DNA from: Candidatus Woesearchaeota archaeon
GTDB taxonomy: Archaea > Nanobdellota > Nanobdellia > Woesearchaeales > WAPY01
Direction of reading: 5' to 3'
DNA: 64,000 bases
Assembly: GCA_049700835.1 (NCBI GenBank)
Contig: JBNAUL010000002.1
Span: 153,967-217,966 of the forward strand
Every line of letters begins with the position of its first letter. Within the stretch, counting starts at the first letter, position 1. This document shows positions 31,460-41,182 of this stretch, in pieces. Position numbers and translations under genes: made by a program. The notes below the pieces were generated by a model. That model was not told the DNA's origin, made no database searches, and saw only the letters and a program-made list of their open reading frames with translations.

Positions 31460-31588
31460 TCCCCGCCCCCGGACTCGAACCAGGAACCTTCCGGTTTCAA
31501 CGACCAGCTGTCCTGCTTTCATTCCTTCAAATTATGAGCGTCTGCAAGAATCTACAGCCGGACGCTCTAACCATTGAGCTAGGCGGGG
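31460..31588 (-). tRNA. tRNA-Tyr(GUA) with 56-nt 37/38 intron (31496-31551)
   Basis: C1-G72 acceptor CCCCGCC/GGCGGGG, TCCGG-CT-GTA-G[intron]A-CCGGA, T loop TTCGAGT. Confidence 0.92.
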
Positions 31589-31742
31589 TTTGCCTTTGCT
31601 AATTAAAAGCAAGATTCTCAATAAAAAGTAGTAGAAAACCCTTTATTTATAAAGTTTGTCATATTTTGAAATTTTAAATCATCACGCATCAGCAAAAAAA
31701 CAAAAAATTTATAAATAGGATCTATTGCCTAATTTTGATGGC

Positions 31743-31830
31743 ATGGCAATCTTTCTTAGTCGTAAAAAGTAGTGACTGATACTTTTAACTCCGAGAATAA
31801 AATACGGTTTTTAAGACGAGAGATTGCCAT
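31743..31830 (+). ncRNA. Candidate structured RNA upstream of tRNA-Asp/Lys
   Basis: Terminal stem ATGGCAATCTTTC/GAGAGATTGCCAT, inner GTC/GAC and AAAAGTA/TACTTTT hairpin; about 30 nt downstream of TTTATAAA (31708). Confidence 0.35.
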
Positions 31831-31890
31831 AAAGCTTGAAAATATGGAAAAGAAGAATAATAATACAAAAATCGCAAAAAACTCCTTAAA

Positions 31891-31985
31891 GCCCCGGTGG
31901 TGTAGCGGTTTATCATAGAGCCCTGTCGAGGCTCTGACCCGGGTTCGAGAAAGAAAAAGAAAATTCGGAAATCCCGGCCGGGGCG
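31891..31985 (+). tRNA. tRNA-Asp(GUC) with 22-nt T-loop 59/60 intron (31950-31971)
   Basis: Cloverleaf GAGCC-CT-GTC-GA-GGCTC; BHB with central helix TTCG/CGGA and bulges AGA, AAT; splicing gives TTCGAGT. Confidence 0.92.
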
Positions 31986-31997
31986 TCCATTTCATGC

Positions 31998-32111
31998 GGG
32001 CCGGTAGCTCAGCCTGGAAGCTTTTAAAAAAAGCTGGGCAACAGAGCATCGGACTTTTAATCCGGTGGTCGCGAGTTCGAAAAATCAATTTTGAAAATCT
32101 CGTCCGGCCCG
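31998..32111 (+). tRNA. tRNA-Lys(UUU) with D-loop intron (32018-32041) and T-loop 59/60 intron (32082-32097)
   Basis: Anticodon arm TCGGA-CT-TTT-AA-TCCGG. D-loop BHB GCCT/GGGC with bulges GGA, AAC and outer stem AGCTTTT/AAAAGCT. T-loop BHB TTCG/TGAA. Confidence 0.92.
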
Positions 32112-32200
32112 TTCAAAATTTAAAATGCAAAACACAAAAAAAGAGTGGAATTGGAATTCGTTTTTTCTATATTTAAAAAACAAGAGGGATTGTGATTAAA

Positions 32201-32431
32201 ATGAAAACCATAAAGCATGAATTAGTTCCTGAACACATAAAAGTCTCTGAGAGCGAGAAGAAAGAATTGTTGGAAAAGTATAAGATTTCTTTGAACGAAC
32301 TTCCAAGAATATTGAAGAACGACCCTGCCATAGCTCACCTGAATGTAAAGGAAGGTGATGTTATAAAAATAATAAGAAAAAGCGAGTCTGCAGGGCAGTC
32401 AGTTTACTATAGGGTGGTTGTTTATGAGTAA
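32201..32431 (+). CDS. rpoH: RNA polymerase subunit Rpo5 (H)
   Basis: [35 protein letters not shown]. Confidence 0.96.
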   Translation: MKTIKHELVPEHIKVSESEKKELLEKYKISLNELPRILKNDPAIAHLNVKEGDVIKIIRKSESAGQSVYYRVVVYE

Positions 32432-33923
32432 GATGCACAATGTTTTGTTGAAAAAAATTTTTGAAGAAGAATCATTTACAAAGTCAGACATAGAATCTTT
32501 CAACAATTTCATTGATTACGAGCTTAATGAGATAATAAAAGAAGAGCAAAACATTGAACCAACAATAATACCTCATAACCTTGAAAGCTTCAAGATAAGG
32601 TTTGACAAAATCTCTGTCTCAAAGCCAGAGTTGATAGAGGCTGACGGTTCAAAGCGAATGCTCTATCCCATGGAAGCAAGGTTGAGAAAGATTACATATG
32701 CAGCTCCAATATATTTGACAGTCAGCGCCCATGCAAATGGTGTTCAGAGGGAATCCATAAAGGTAGTCATAGGAAACCTTCCAATAATGCTAAAATCAAA
32801 GTACTGCCACCTATACAATCTCAGTGAAGAAAAACTTATTGAGGTTGGGGAAGACCCAAAAGACACAGGAGGTTATTTCATAATAAACGGCAGCGAAAAG
32901 GTTCTTGTGAAAATAGAAGATTTAGCATCAAACAAATTTGTAGTTACAAAAATAACAACAGGAACCGCAAGGTATGTTGGAAAAATATTCTCAGAAAGGG
33001 GCTCTTTCAAGATTCCGCACACTGTTGAAAAATTCAAGGATGGAATATTCTACTTGAGTTTCACAAGGGTGAACAGGGTGCCGATGATTTTAATAATAAA
33101 AGCATTGGGGCTTACAAACGATCAACAGATAATGCACTTTGTTAGTTCTGAAGAGCAGTTTGATGAGGTAATGGTTAATCTATACGAATTTTCCGACATA
33201 AAAACAAGGGAAGATGCTTTGGATTTCATAGCAAAGAAGATTGGAATAACCCAAACAAGGGACTTGAGAATACAAAGAACAGAAGAAATTCTAGACAAGT
33301 ATCTCCTGCCTAATGTAGGCACAAGTCCAAAAGAAAGGATTTACAAAGCATACAACCTTTGCAAGTTTTTAAGAAGATACATATTGATTTCAAGGGGTTC
33401 TGTTCCAGAGGACGACAAGGACCATTATGCAAACAAAAGAGTAAAGATGAGCGGTGATCTGTTGGCAGAGCTCTTCAGGGTTAATTTCAGGGTTTTAACA
33501 AACGACATGCTCTACAATTTCCAAAGGATAGTAAAGCGTGGAAAGATACCTTCCTTAAAGGTTATTATAAGAGAAAAATTATTGACCCAAAGAATTTATA
33601 GTTCTCTAGCAACAGGGGTTTGGGTGGCTGGAAGAAAAGGAATATCTCAAAGAATTCAGAGGCTAAATTTCTTGGAGACCATGTCGCACCTGCAGAGGGT
33701 TGTGAGCCTGCTAAGTTCTGCACAGGAGAACTTTGAGGCAAGAGAACTTCATCCAACCCACTTGGGAAGATTATGCCCGATAGAAACTCCAGAGGGAACC
33801 AACATAGGATTAAAGAAAAACCTTGCTTTGCTGTCCTCAATCACAAGCGAACATGTTGATGAGAAAGAATTGCTGAAAAAATTAAAGGAAATAAGATTAA
33901 AGACAATAGATGAAGAAGAATAA
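32424..33923 (+). CDS. rpoB2: RNA polymerase subunit Rpo2N (B'')
   Basis: [43 protein letters not shown]. Confidence 0.96.
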   Translation: MSKMHNVLLKKIFEEESFTKSDIESFNNFIDYELNEIIKEEQNIEPTIIPHNLESFKIRFDKISVSKPELIEADGSKRMLYPMEARLRKITYAAPIYLTVSAHANGVQRESIKVVIGNLPIMLKSKYCHLYNLSEEKLIEVGEDPKDTGGYFIINGSEKVLVKIEDLASNKFVVTKITTGTARYVGKIFSERGSFKIPHTVEKFKDGIFYLSFTRVNRVPMILIIKALGLTNDQQIMHFVSSEEQFDEVMVNLYEFSDIKTREDALDFIAKKIGITQTRDLRIQRTEEILDKYLLPNVGTSPKERIYKAYNLCKFLRRYILISRGSVPEDDKDHYANKRVKMSGDLLAELFRVNFRVLTNDMLYNFQRIVKRGKIPSLKVIIREKLLTQRIYSSLATGVWVAGRKGISQRIQRLNFLETMSHLQRVVSLLSSAQENFEARELHPTHLGRLCPIETPEGTNIGLKKNLALLSSITSEHVDEKELLKKLKEIRLKTIDEEE

Positions 33924-33980
33924 AAATCTTGTTAAAAATCATGCTCAAAAAATCAAAATTGATTGTTAGAAGGTGAAAGA

Positions 33981-35783
33981 ATGGCGGATGTTTTTTTTAA
34001 TGGAAAAATAATTGGTTATGTTGATAATCCAAAGGAATTTGTTGAAAATTTTAAAAATAAGAGAAGGCACAATGAGATTGAGAACTTCATAAACATAAGC
34101 TATGACGAAAAGACAAACGACATACACATAGAAGCAAGTTCTGGAAGATTGAGAAGGCCTCTGATCATTGTCAAAGAAGGAAAACCATTGCTTACAGAAA
34201 AGCATGTTGAAATGCTGATGAACAATGAACTGAAGTGGAGCGATTTGGTAAATCAGGGTATAGTTGAATACCTTGATGCAGAAGAAGAGGAAAACGCTTT
34301 GGTTGCATTTTCTGTTGAAGAAATAACTCCAGAACACACGCATTTGGAAGTCTCTCCAATAGCGCTTTTCAGTTTATGCACTTCATTGGTGCCATTCTCA
34401 AATTACACTCAAAGCGCAAGGTTAAACATTGGTTCAAAAAACCAAAAACAGGCAATAGGGATATACATATCAAATTATCCGTTAAGAATGGATATGGATG
34501 TGAACATACTCTACTATCCCCAAGTTCCTATTGTTAAGACAATAATGCATGATTTGTCAAAGTACGAGAACCATCCTGCTGGACAGAATGTTGTGCTGGC
34601 AGTTATGAGTTACAAAGGTTACAATATGGAAGACGCTTTTATAATCAACAGAAATTCAATAGATATGGGACTTGGAAGGAGCGTTTATTACAGGCCTGTG
34701 ATTGCAGAAGAACTTAGATATCCAGGCGGATTAACTGACGAAATTACTATTCCTGACAAGGATGTTAAGGGCTACAGGTCAGAGCATGATTACAGATACT
34801 TGGAGAGCGATGGAATAATATATCCTGAAGCAAAGGTTGGCGAGGGAGACGTTTTAATTGGAAAGGTAAGCCCACCGAGATTCCTCGGCGGTCTTGAAGA
34901 TTATAGTTTGACATCAGGAGTTAAGAGAGAAAGCTCTGTTGCTCTTAAACACGGAGAGGAAGGCATTGTTGATTCTGTAATCATAACAGAAAATTCAGAA
35001 GGGAACAAGCTCGTTCAGGTAAAAATAAGAAATCCAATGATTCCAGAGATAGGAGATAAATTTACAAGCAGACACGGACAAAAGGGGGTTATCGGTTTAA
35101 TAGTGGATCCAAGTGATATGCCTTTCACAGCATCAGGAATAATCCCTGACATAATATTTTCTCCTCACAGCATTCCAACAAGAATGACCGTTGCACAATT
35201 ATTAGAACTTCTTGGAGGCAAAGTCGGGGCTCTTGCAGGAAGGCATATTGATGCAACAGCATTTAGCTCTGAGAGAGAAGAGGACTTGAAGAGCCAACTC
35301 TTGGATCTAGGTTTCAGGGACAATGGAACAGAAACGATGTACAATGGAGAGACAGGAGAGATGTTTAAGGTAAGGATTTTTGTTGGAAACATTTATTATC
35401 TCAGATTAAAGCACTTGGTTGCTAACAAACTTCATGCAAGAGCAAGAGGTCCTGTTCAACTGCTGACAAGGCAACCAACAGAGGGAAGGGCCAAAGAAGG
35501 AGGGCTAAGATTGGGAGAGATGGAAAAGGACTGCTTTGTAGCTCATGGAACATCCCTTCTTTTAAAGGAAAGGTTTGATTCTGACAAAATAGTAATTCCT
35601 GTTTGCGAGAAGTGCGGCTTGATAGCAATAGAGGACTTTTACAAAAAAACAAATTACTGCCCTGTATGCGGAGAGGACTCAAAGGTAAGTTTCATAGAGA
35701 TGAGCTATGCCTTCAAGCTCTTAACAGACGAATTGAAATCAATGGGAGTTTATCCAAGATTTGTGCTAAAAACAAAATACTAA
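33981..35783 (+). CDS. rpoB1: RNA polymerase subunit Rpo2C (B')
   Basis: GYNMEDA, GDKFTSRHGQKG, RQPTEGRAKEGGLRLGEME, C-terminal Zn finger; SD AGGTGA. Confidence 0.96.
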   Translation: MADVFFNGKIIGYVDNPKEFVENFKNKRRHNEIENFINISYDEKTNDIHIEASSGRLRRPLIIVKEGKPLLTEKHVEMLMNNELKWSDLVNQGIVEYLDAEEEENALVAFSVEEITPEHTHLEVSPIALFSLCTSLVPFSNYTQSARLNIGSKNQKQAIGIYISNYPLRMDMDVNILYYPQVPIVKTIMHDLSKYENHPAGQNVVLAVMSYKGYNMEDAFIINRNSIDMGLGRSVYYRPVIAEELRYPGGLTDEITIPDKDVKGYRSEHDYRYLESDGIIYPEAKVGEGDVLIGKVSPPRFLGGLEDYSLTSGVKRESSVALKHGEEGIVDSVIITENSEGNKLVQVKIRNPMIPEIGDKFTSRHGQKGVIGLIVDPSDMPFTASGIIPDIIFSPHSIPTRMTVAQLLELLGGKVGALAGRHIDATAFSSEREEDLKSQLLDLGFRDNGTETMYNGETGEMFKVRIFVGNIYYLRLKHLVANKLHARARGPVQLLTRQPTEGRAKEGGLRLGEMEKDCFVAHGTSLLLKERFDSDKIVIPVCEKCGLIAIEDFYKKTNYCPVCGEDSKVSFIEMSYAFKLLTDELKSMGVYPRFVLKTKY

Positions 35784-35872
35784 ATTAATGCTCAACAACT
35801 GAAAAATAATTTAAACAAGAATTCAAAAAATGATTAAAAAATAATTTAAGAAAAGTTAGAGGGGTAGAAAAA

Positions 35873-38446
35873 ATGGAATATTCAGAAGAGATGATTTACA
35901 AAAAACTTGACAAGATAGTTTTTGGTTTTTTAAGCCCACAGATGATTAAGGACATGGCTGCTGTTAAAGTTGTAACTCCTGAACTGTATGACAAAGAAGG
36001 ATATCCTGTTGATGGGGGTTTGATGGACACAAGGATGGGAGTAATTGATCCTGGTTTGAAATGCAAAACCTGCGGCGGAAGATTAAAGGAGTGCGTTGGG
36101 CATTTTGGATACATTGTTCTTGCAAGGCCTGTGATACATGTCAAACTCGTCAATGTCATTCATGAACTATTGAGAAGCACATGCCGGGAATGTGGAAGGG
36201 CTTTGATGGACCAAAAGAGAATAAAGCAGTACTTAAACAGACTTAGCGAGTTAAATCCTGAAGACAAGGTAATTGGAAGCCCAATAGTCACAGAAATAAT
36301 AAACAAGATGAAGGATGCAAAGAAATGCCCTCACTGCGGCGCAAAACAATTTAAGATAAGCATTGAAAAGCCAACAACTTTTTTAGAGGACAACAAAAAA
36401 CTTACTCCTATAGAAGTTAGAGCAAGATTAGAGATGATAAAGGATGAGGACTTGCCATTGTTTGGAATTGACCCGAAAGCTGCAAGGCCTGAATGGATGG
36501 TTCTAACGCTTCTACCAATACCTCCTGTTACAACAAGGCCTAGCATTACCCTTGAAACAGGAGAAAGGAGCGAGGATGACCTAACCCATAAATTAGGCGA
36601 TATCGTTAGGATAAACCAGAGATTGTTTGAAAACATAAATGCAGGCGCTCCTGAAATAATCATAGAGGATTTGTGGGAGCTTCTTCAATATCATATAACA
36701 ACATACTTTGACAATGCAATAGCCCAACTTCCTCCTGCAAGGCATAGAAGCGGGCAGCCCCTTAAAACATTGACAGAGAGAATAAAGAGCAAACACGGCA
36801 GGATAAGGCACAACCTCGCAGGAAAGAGGACAAATTTCTCTGCAAGAACAGTAATAAGCCCTGACCCTATGTTAGAGTTGGATGAGGTTGGGGTTCCTTT
36901 TTTGATTGCAACAAAACTCACTGTTGCTGAGAGAGTAACAGAATGGAACAAGGAATATCTGAAAAGATTTGTAATTAACGGGCCTAAAAACTATCCAGGA
37001 TCAAACTATGTCATAAGGCCTGACGGAAAGAAGAAAAAGATAACTGACGAGACAAAAGAACAATTGGTTGAGGAATTAGCTCCTGGTTACATAGTTGAGA
37101 GGCATCTCTTGGATGGAGACGTAGCGCTCTTCAACAGGCAGCCCTCTTTGCACAGAATGAGCATGATGGCTCACAGGGTAAAGATACTGCCATACAAAAC
37201 ATTCAGGTTAAACCCTGCTGTTTGCCATCCTTACAACGCTGATTTTGACGGGGACGAAATGAATCTTCATATTCCTCAAACAGAAGAGGCAAGGGCAGAA
37301 GCAGAATTTCTGATGAGAGTTAACACTCAAATAATAAGCCCAAGATACGGGTTAAGCGTTATTGGATGCATACAGGATTCAATAGCAGGGAACTATTTGC
37401 TTACAAAGGAGCTTGAACTCCCAAGAGAAGAAGCGCTCCAAATACTTTACGAATCAGGAGTTGATAACCTCTCAAAACTTCCAAACAAGAAAAGAGTTAC
37501 TGGAAAAGAGGTTTTCAGCGTCATACTTCCTGATGATTTCAACTATGTTGGAAAATCAAAATCAGGGCCTGTAATAATAAAGAACGGAATCCTTGAAGAA
37601 GGAGTAATGGATAAGTCAAGTTTAGGAGTTGAATCAGGATTGATGCTCAGAAGCCTTCACACTCAATACGGAAAGGAAGAGACATTCAAGATTATAGGGC
37701 AGATATTCAGGCTTGGAATAAATGTTCTGCTCCATTATGGTATGACAACTCTGCTTTCTGACATTGATCTTCCAAAAGAAGCAAGGGAAAGAATAAATGA
37801 AATTCTTAACAGCGCAGAAAATGAAGTAAGGAATTTGATTGAAAAATACAAGAATGGAGAATTAAAGGCTCTTCCAGGAAGAACTTTGAAGGACACTTTG
37901 GAAATAAACATACTTGAAATCCTAAACAAAGCAAGAAACGATTGTGGAGATGTAATAGAACAACATGCTTCAAAAGAAACAAGCACGATGCTTATGATAA
38001 AATCAGGGGCAAGGGGAAAGCTCCTCAATTTAATCCAAATGGCTGCTGTTGTAGGGCAGCAAGCTTTGAGAGGCAAAAGAATTGAGAAGGGATATTCAAA
38101 CAGAACTCTATCTCATTTTAAAAAAGACGACCTTGGGCCAGAAGCGCATGGTTTCATAAGAAGCAATTTCAGAGAAGGAATGAATCCCAAGGAATTCTTC
38201 TTTGCAGCAATAACAGGAAGAGATTCTCTTATGGACACTGCATTGAGAACTCCAAAGTCAGGTTATCTCTACAGGAGATTGGCAAATGCACTGCAGGACT
38301 TGAAGGTTGAGTACGATTACACTGTAAGGGATTCAAACAATAGGATAATCCAATTCCTTTTTGGAGAGGATGGAATAGATGTTTCAAAATCAGAACACGG
38401 AAAACTAAATGTTGGAAGAATAGTTAGGGAAGTGCTCGAGAAATAA
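35873..38446 (+). CDS. rpoA1: RNA polymerase subunit Rpo1N (A')
   Basis: Catalytic YNADFDGDEMN; NRQPSLH; N-terminal Zn motifs. Confidence 0.97.
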   Translation: MEYSEEMIYKKLDKIVFGFLSPQMIKDMAAVKVVTPELYDKEGYPVDGGLMDTRMGVIDPGLKCKTCGGRLKECVGHFGYIVLARPVIHVKLVNVIHELLRSTCRECGRALMDQKRIKQYLNRLSELNPEDKVIGSPIVTEIINKMKDAKKCPHCGAKQFKISIEKPTTFLEDNKKLTPIEVRARLEMIKDEDLPLFGIDPKAARPEWMVLTLLPIPPVTTRPSITLETGERSEDDLTHKLGDIVRINQRLFENINAGAPEIIIEDLWELLQYHITTYFDNAIAQLPPARHRSGQPLKTLTERIKSKHGRIRHNLAGKRTNFSARTVISPDPMLELDEVGVPFLIATKLTVAERVTEWNKEYLKRFVINGPKNYPGSNYVIRPDGKKKKITDETKEQLVEELAPGYIVERHLLDGDVALFNRQPSLHRMSMMAHRVKILPYKTFRLNPAVCHPYNADFDGDEMNLHIPQTEEARAEAEFLMRVNTQIISPRYGLSVIGCIQDSIAGNYLLTKELELPREEALQILYESGVDNLSKLPNKKRVTGKEVFSVILPDDFNYVGKSKSGPVIIKNGILEEGVMDKSSLGVESGLMLRSLHTQYGKEETFKIIGQIFRLGINVLLHYGMTTLLSDIDLPKEARERINEILNSAENEVRNLIEKYKNGELKALPGRTLKDTLEINILEILNKARNDCGDVIEQHASKETSTMLMIKSGARGKLLNLIQMAAVVGQQALRGKRIEKGYSNRTLSHFKKDDLGPEAHGFIRSNFREGMNPKEFFFAAITGRDSLMDTALRTPKSGYLYRRLANALQDLKVEYDYTVRDSNNRIIQFLFGEDGIDVSKSEHGKLNVGRIVREVLEK

Positions 38447-38525
38447 ATAAAAATAAAAAAGACAATCAAAATAATCAAAAATCAAATCGATGCTCTTTAA
38501 AGCAAGAACAACTGCATAAAATTAA

Positions 38526-39725
<1,200 letters not shown>

Positions 39726-39749
39726 AAAATACATGATAAAAAACATAAG

Positions 39750-39926
39750 ATGAAGAAGATAATGTTTTGCAACAATTGCAGAATTTACACCTTAAAAGAA
39801 AACTGCCCAATCTGCACCTCAAAAACAATTCTTGCAATTCCTCCAAAATACTCTCCTAAAAGCAAGTATGATTTCTATCTAAGAAAAGCAAAGGAAGAGG
39901 AAAGAATAAAGAAAGGACTTATATGA
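39750..39926 (+). CDS. nop10: H/ACA RNP protein Nop10 (58 aa; not in ORF track)
   Basis: MKKIMFCNNCRIYTLKENCPICTSKTILAIPPKYSP: CxxC-YTLK-CPxC-PPKYSP pattern. Confidence 0.88.
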   Translation: MKKIMFCNNCRIYTLKENCPICTSKTILAIPPKYSPKSKYDFYLRKAKEEERIKKGLI

Positions 39927-39999
39927 GATTATAAATATAGAATGTAGAAAGCATGGGTTACTTTATAGAGATTTATATTCACAAGCTTATATTTAAAAT

Positions 40000-40785
40000 C
40001 TAAACTTCTTTTCTTTCAAAACTGAAAAATCCTTTCTTTTCTTTCATAAAGTTTTGGACTTCTGCAAGAAAGATTTCTAAATCCTTTTCAATTTCCTTGA
40101 AATTTTCCCCTGATAAAACAACAAGATAACCACCAGAACCAGCGTATTTTATGCTTATGTTCTTAACCTTTGAAATTCCTCTGCGCAACGCATCCTTAAC
40201 AACTTCAACCCCGTTTGGTTCATAGCTTGTCAATTTCAGCAAACCCTTTATTTCAACCCTTTTAGGTTTTCTTCTGGCAAGTATTATTTCTTTTAACTCA
40301 TCAGCAAGTTCCTTTTTAATTCCAAAGTCCTCAAGTTTTACTTTGTTGTTAACAACATCGTCAAAACATTCAAAGACATAATTGTAGTTCTTAAGAATCT
40401 TGTCAGCTATCTCGTGATAAAACTGCTTAAAATCGATGTTCTTTTTCTTTGCAAGCAGCGCTATTATTTTTTCAGAGTTTTGCTCTTCCTTAATCTCATC
40501 AAGCTTGCTTCTCTTTTGTATTTGGGTAACCCTTCTCAGCGAAAGGTCAATGTAACCTTTTTCCTTGTTAACCCTCAAAACCTTGCAGACAATAATCTTT
40601 CCTTCTTTGACAAACTCATAAATGTTCCTTATTCTTCCAGGGCTTATCTCTGAGATGTGAATTAAACCCTGTTTGTCATATTCTTCAAGATTTACAAATG
40701 TTGAGTGAGGAGTGATGTTTGTAACTCTGCAAAGGACAAGTTCTCCTTCCTCAGGAAAACCTTCCCTTCTATACATTAAATTCAT
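40000..40785 (-). CDS. eif2a: Translation initiation factor aIF2 alpha
   Basis: FPEEGELVLC, GLIHISEI S1 domain, GYIDLSLRRV; follows rps27e. Confidence 0.95.
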   Translation of the reverse strand: MNLMYRREGFPEEGELVLCRVTNITPHSTFVNLEEYDKQGLIHISEISPGRIRNIYEFVKEGKIIVCKVLRVNKEKGYIDLSLRRVTQIQKRSKLDEIKEEQNSEKIIALLAKKKNIDFKQFYHEIADKILKNYNYVFECFDDVVNNKVKLEDFGIKKELADELKEIILARRKPKRVEIKGLLKLTSYEPNGVEVVKDALRRGISKVKNISIKYAGSGGYLVVLSGENFKEIEKDLEIFLAEVQNFMKEKKGFFSFERKEV

Positions 40786-40967
40786 TCAAGCACCTCAAGA
40801 ACTCTTGCCTTCAATCTTGCCTTTCCGCCGCTAGGAACAACTAAAACCCTTCCGCAAACAAGGCAATTAACAACTGTTGAGGCCTTTCCAAAAACAATCT
40901 GCTCGTTCTTGCACTTTGGACATCTAACCTTAACAAACTTTGATTCTGGTTCTCTTATCTTAATCAT
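40782..40967 (-). CDS. rps27e: 30S ribosomal protein eS27
   Basis: PESKFVKVRCPKCKNEQIVF...CLVCG..PSGGKA. Confidence 0.96.
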   Translation of the reverse strand: MIKIREPESKFVKVRCPKCKNEQIVFGKASTVVNCLVCGRVLVVPSGGKARLKARVLEVLE

Positions 40968-41182
40968 GCTCTCACCTTTTTAAAATTTTAAGATTGTTGA
41001 ACAACGCAATTTATGAGAGAAGAGCCTATATTTTTAAATGTTACTATATTTTAACTTCATTAACTCTCTAAAATTTTAACTTCTTAAATCTTAAGTTAAA
41101 CTGAAAAAACCGAAAAGCATTATTTAAAATAAAAGCGTTCTAACGCAAAAATTTTTAAGCAAGATATTAAACCTCTAAGTTC

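Noticed and set aside
31756..32176. ORFs 31756..32088 (-) and 31994..32176 (+)
   Set aside because: They overlap tRNA-Asp and tRNA-Lys; not protein-like.
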